From Anaeramoeba ignava BMAN (Eukaryota; Protista; Anaeramoebae): a stretch of 64,000 nt of DNA. The stretch covers positions 1,240,001 to 1,304,000 of the forward strand of contig JAPDFW010000059.1 of assembly GCA_028826165.1 (NCBI GenBank), given 5' to 3'. A model generated the notes under the pieces. The model saw only the letters and a program-made list of their open reading frames with translations, searched no databases and was not told the origin of the DNA. A program made the position numbers and the translations under genes. This document shows, piece by piece, positions 61,354 to 64,000 of the stretch (the first letter of the stretch is position 1; each line of letters begins with the position of its first letter).

Positions 61354-63778
61354 CTAATTTTGATATTTACGAACTAAAAAAATTCCAGCAAAAGCGATTG
61401 CACAAACAATAAAAGAACTTTTAGCGTTTGAAATTTTATTTTGTTTTTTGGTTTTTTCTTTTTTGATTTAATTTCATTTTCTTTATGATTTTCATTTTGA
61501 ATTTGATTTTGATTTTGATTTTGATTTTGATTTTGATTTTCAATTTGATTTAGATTTTCAATTTGATTTTCAATTTGATTTTGATTCTCTTTTTCTTTTT
61601 CTTTTTCTTTTTCTTTTTGAATTTCATTTTGATTTTCTAATTCTATTTGTAATTGTTCTAAAATATCTTCAGGTATTTCTATTGAAGAATCTAATGATAA
61701 TGCTAAATTAATATATCCTTTTGCTTTGTTGAAATTTTTTTCAACTCCTCTTCCTAAAGTATGCATTATAGCGAGTTGTTTCATTGCTTCAGGTTGAAAA
61801 TTATTTAAAGCTGCATCAGTCCAATATTTTATTGCAAGTTCATCACTTTGTTCAATTCCATTTCCTTAATTAATTTGATTTTAATTTTGATTTTGATTTT
61901 AATTTTAATTTTAATTTTAATTTTAAATTTTAATTTTAATTTGATTTTGATTTTAAATTTGAATTGATTTTGATTTGAATTTGATTTGAATTTTGATTTT
62001 GAATTTTTAATTTTAATTTTAATTTTGATTTTGATTTTGAATTTGATTTGAATTTGATTTTGAATTTGATTTTGATTTTCAATTTGAATTTGAATTTAAT
62101 TTGATTTGAATTTTAATTTTGATTTTGATTTTGAATTTGATTTTGATTTTGATTTTGATTTTGATTTTAATTTAAATTTGATTTTGATTTTGATTTTAAT
62201 TTTAATTTGAATTTTAATTTTAATTTTAATTTAATTTTGAATTTGAATTTGATTTTAAATTTGATTTTAATTTGATTTTGATTTTGATTTTTAATTTTAA
62301 TTTTGATTTTGAATTTAATTTTGATTTTGATTTTGATTTTAATTTTAATTTTAATTTGAATTTAATTTTGATTTTGATTTTGATTTTGATTTTTAATTTT
62401 GATTTTGAATTTGATTTTAATTTTAATTTTAATTTTGATTTTGAATTTAATTTTTAATTTGATTTTGATTTTGATTTTAATTTTAATTTTGAATTTGAAT
62501 TTGATTTTGATTTTAATTTTGATTTTGATTTTGATTTTAATTTTGAATTTGAATTTGAATTTTGATTTTAATTTTGATTTTGATTTTAATTTTGATTTTT
62601 AATTTTGATTTTAATTTTTAATTTGATTTTGAATTATTTTGAATTTAATTTGATTTTGAATTTGAATTTAATTTTAATTTGATTTTGATTTTAAATTTGA
62701 ATTGATTTTGATTTGAATTTGATTTGAATTTTGATTTTTAATTTTTAATTTTGAATTTGAATTTTGAATTTGAATTTGAATTTGAATTTTGATTTTGATT
62801 TTGATTTTGAATGGAAATTAAAATTAATCATCAAACCTCCTTGAAAATATAAATTTCCTAAATAAACTCCTGCAATTTGACTACCATTTTCTAAAGCCTT
62901 TTTATAATATTTTTCTGCTTTAATAAAATTTTGTTGACATCCTTGACCAGAACAATAAAGATTTCCAACCTTAAATATTAATGAAAAGAAAAATATTTTT
63001 TTTGTTCAATAAATAAATAAATGAACAAATATAATAATTAAAATAATTGAATAAATAAACACCATAAATAATGCAGTTGAACTATTTTGTTTTGCAGCTT
63101 TTTTAAACAAAGAAAAACCCATTTCATAATTAGGTGTAATTGGATAATTTGAATCATTAATAATATAAAGAGCTGCCAATTTATATAAACTAATTAAATG
63201 ACTTTTTTTGGCACTACTTGATAAATATTGAAGAGCTTTTGAATAATCTTTTTGATCTTCATAAAAAATTGAGAGAATAAATCTTTAAAGATATTAATTT
63301 AAATATTTGATTTAAATATCGATTTAAATATTTGATTTAAATATTTGATTTAAATATTTGATTTAAATATTTGATTTAAATATTTGATTTAAATATATTT
63401 AAATTTAATTTAAATTATTAATTTAAATATTTGATTTAAATATTTGATTTAAATATTAATTTAATTATTAATTATTTACTCTGAATTTGAATCTATTTTT
63501 CCTTGATAATCATTTTTAATAATAAGCATCCATTCTGTTGATTCTTTTTTTTTTAAAGTGATTATAACTAAATATCCTTTCTCATTAAAATCCCATTTCG
63601 AATTTTCTTCATCAATTCCATAAATTAATTCTCCACAAAGTATTGGTTCTTTTTCTTTTATTCCAGCTTGAATCCAATTAGAATGTATTTGAATATCAAG
63701 ATCACTTTTTTTTATTCCTTCAGGAATTTCAAAATTTATTAAAATTTCTTGTTCTGTTTGTGAAAATGAATAACTCAT
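61354..63778 (-). CDS. CS (p23/Hsp20-like) domain + Sel1/TPR-like repeats + C-terminal transmembrane anchor; 4 exons; apparent frameshift ~61445
   Basis: CS: YSFSQTEQEILINFEIPEGIKKSDLDIQI...ITLKKKESTEW. Sel1-like: GNLYCSGQGCQQNFIKAEKYY, GRGVEKNFNKA. Alternate frame ends SSFIVCAIAFAGIFLVRKYQN*. Introns 63479-63283, ~63061-62970, 62836-61865. Confidence 0.75.
61865..62836 (-). repeat. ~970-nt intron of TCAAAA/TTAAAA/TCAAAT hexamers
   Basis: GTTTGA donor and TAAG acceptor; in frame (QG|GNGIEQ). Confidence 0.85.
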
Positions 63779-63842
63779 TTAAAATGAAAATGAAAAAAAT
63801 GAAAAAAAAAAAATTGAAAAATCATTTTTTTTCTTTTCAAAA

Positions 63843-64000
63843 ATGAATGATTGTTTATTTTTTGGTGAAAATGAAACACCAATTCTTATCAAAAATGAAT
63901 CAAATAAAATAACAAAACCAATTCAATTTAAATTTGAAAATGAAAACGAAAATGAAAATGAAAAACAAATTAAACAAATTTCATCAAATTTATTTTCAAC
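63843..64000 (+). CDS. RCC1-BTB family paralogue 3, 3'-partial
   Basis: MNDCLFFGENETPILIKNESNKITKPIQFKFENENENENEKQIKQISS matches the N-termini at 3089 and 5468. Confidence 0.85.
   Translation, partial: MNDCLFFGENETPILIKNESNKITKPIQFKFENENENENEKQIKQISSNLFS

Noticed and set aside
59478-63582. Other ATATCCTT hits (~59479, ~61713, ~63572)
   Set aside because: They are antisense within coding exons of minus-strand genes, so they are not splice donors.
1-64000. Inteins, transposases, reverse transcriptases, tRNA/rRNA genes, alternative genetic code
   Set aside because: No such motifs recognised by eye; conserved genes translate correctly and end in TAA/TAG/TGA.

Overview
Very AT-rich, gene-dense eukaryotic (protist) DNA with spliceosomal introns, read with the standard genetic code. 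Gene content and composition suggest an Anaeramoeba-like metamonad; this is inference and not verified. Gene order: partial BEACH-WD40 gene; two tandem RCC1-BTB paralogues; a 14-kb minus-strand array of six two-exon multi-CCCH zinc-finger genes with variable Q/N- and His/Lys-rich tails; RPL32; an acid sphingomyelinase-like phosphodiesterase; UAP56/DDX39; POLD3; BTB-TLDc; BAG6-like; a ~2500-aa huntingtin orthologue head-to-head with OCRL/INPP5B; a DUF4139-like protein fused to SPRY; polyprenol reductase; a putative GT-A glycosyltransferase; a tail-anchored CS+Sel1 protein; and the start of a third RCC1 gene. Main highlights: (1) a probable U12-type AT-AC intron (5' ATATCCTTT) in OCRL; (2) the mosaic CCCH array; (3) introns of 0.3-2.5 kb built from simple repeats, several sharing an orientation-locked AAAATTCATTTATAAAATT motif; (4) 'ghost' exon copies blended into intron satellites; (5) an ATOM69/Tom36-like organellar import receptor candidate. 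Scattered single-base frameshifts occur even in essential genes and are most likely assembly errors. All family assignments are by manual motif recognition; no searches were run.
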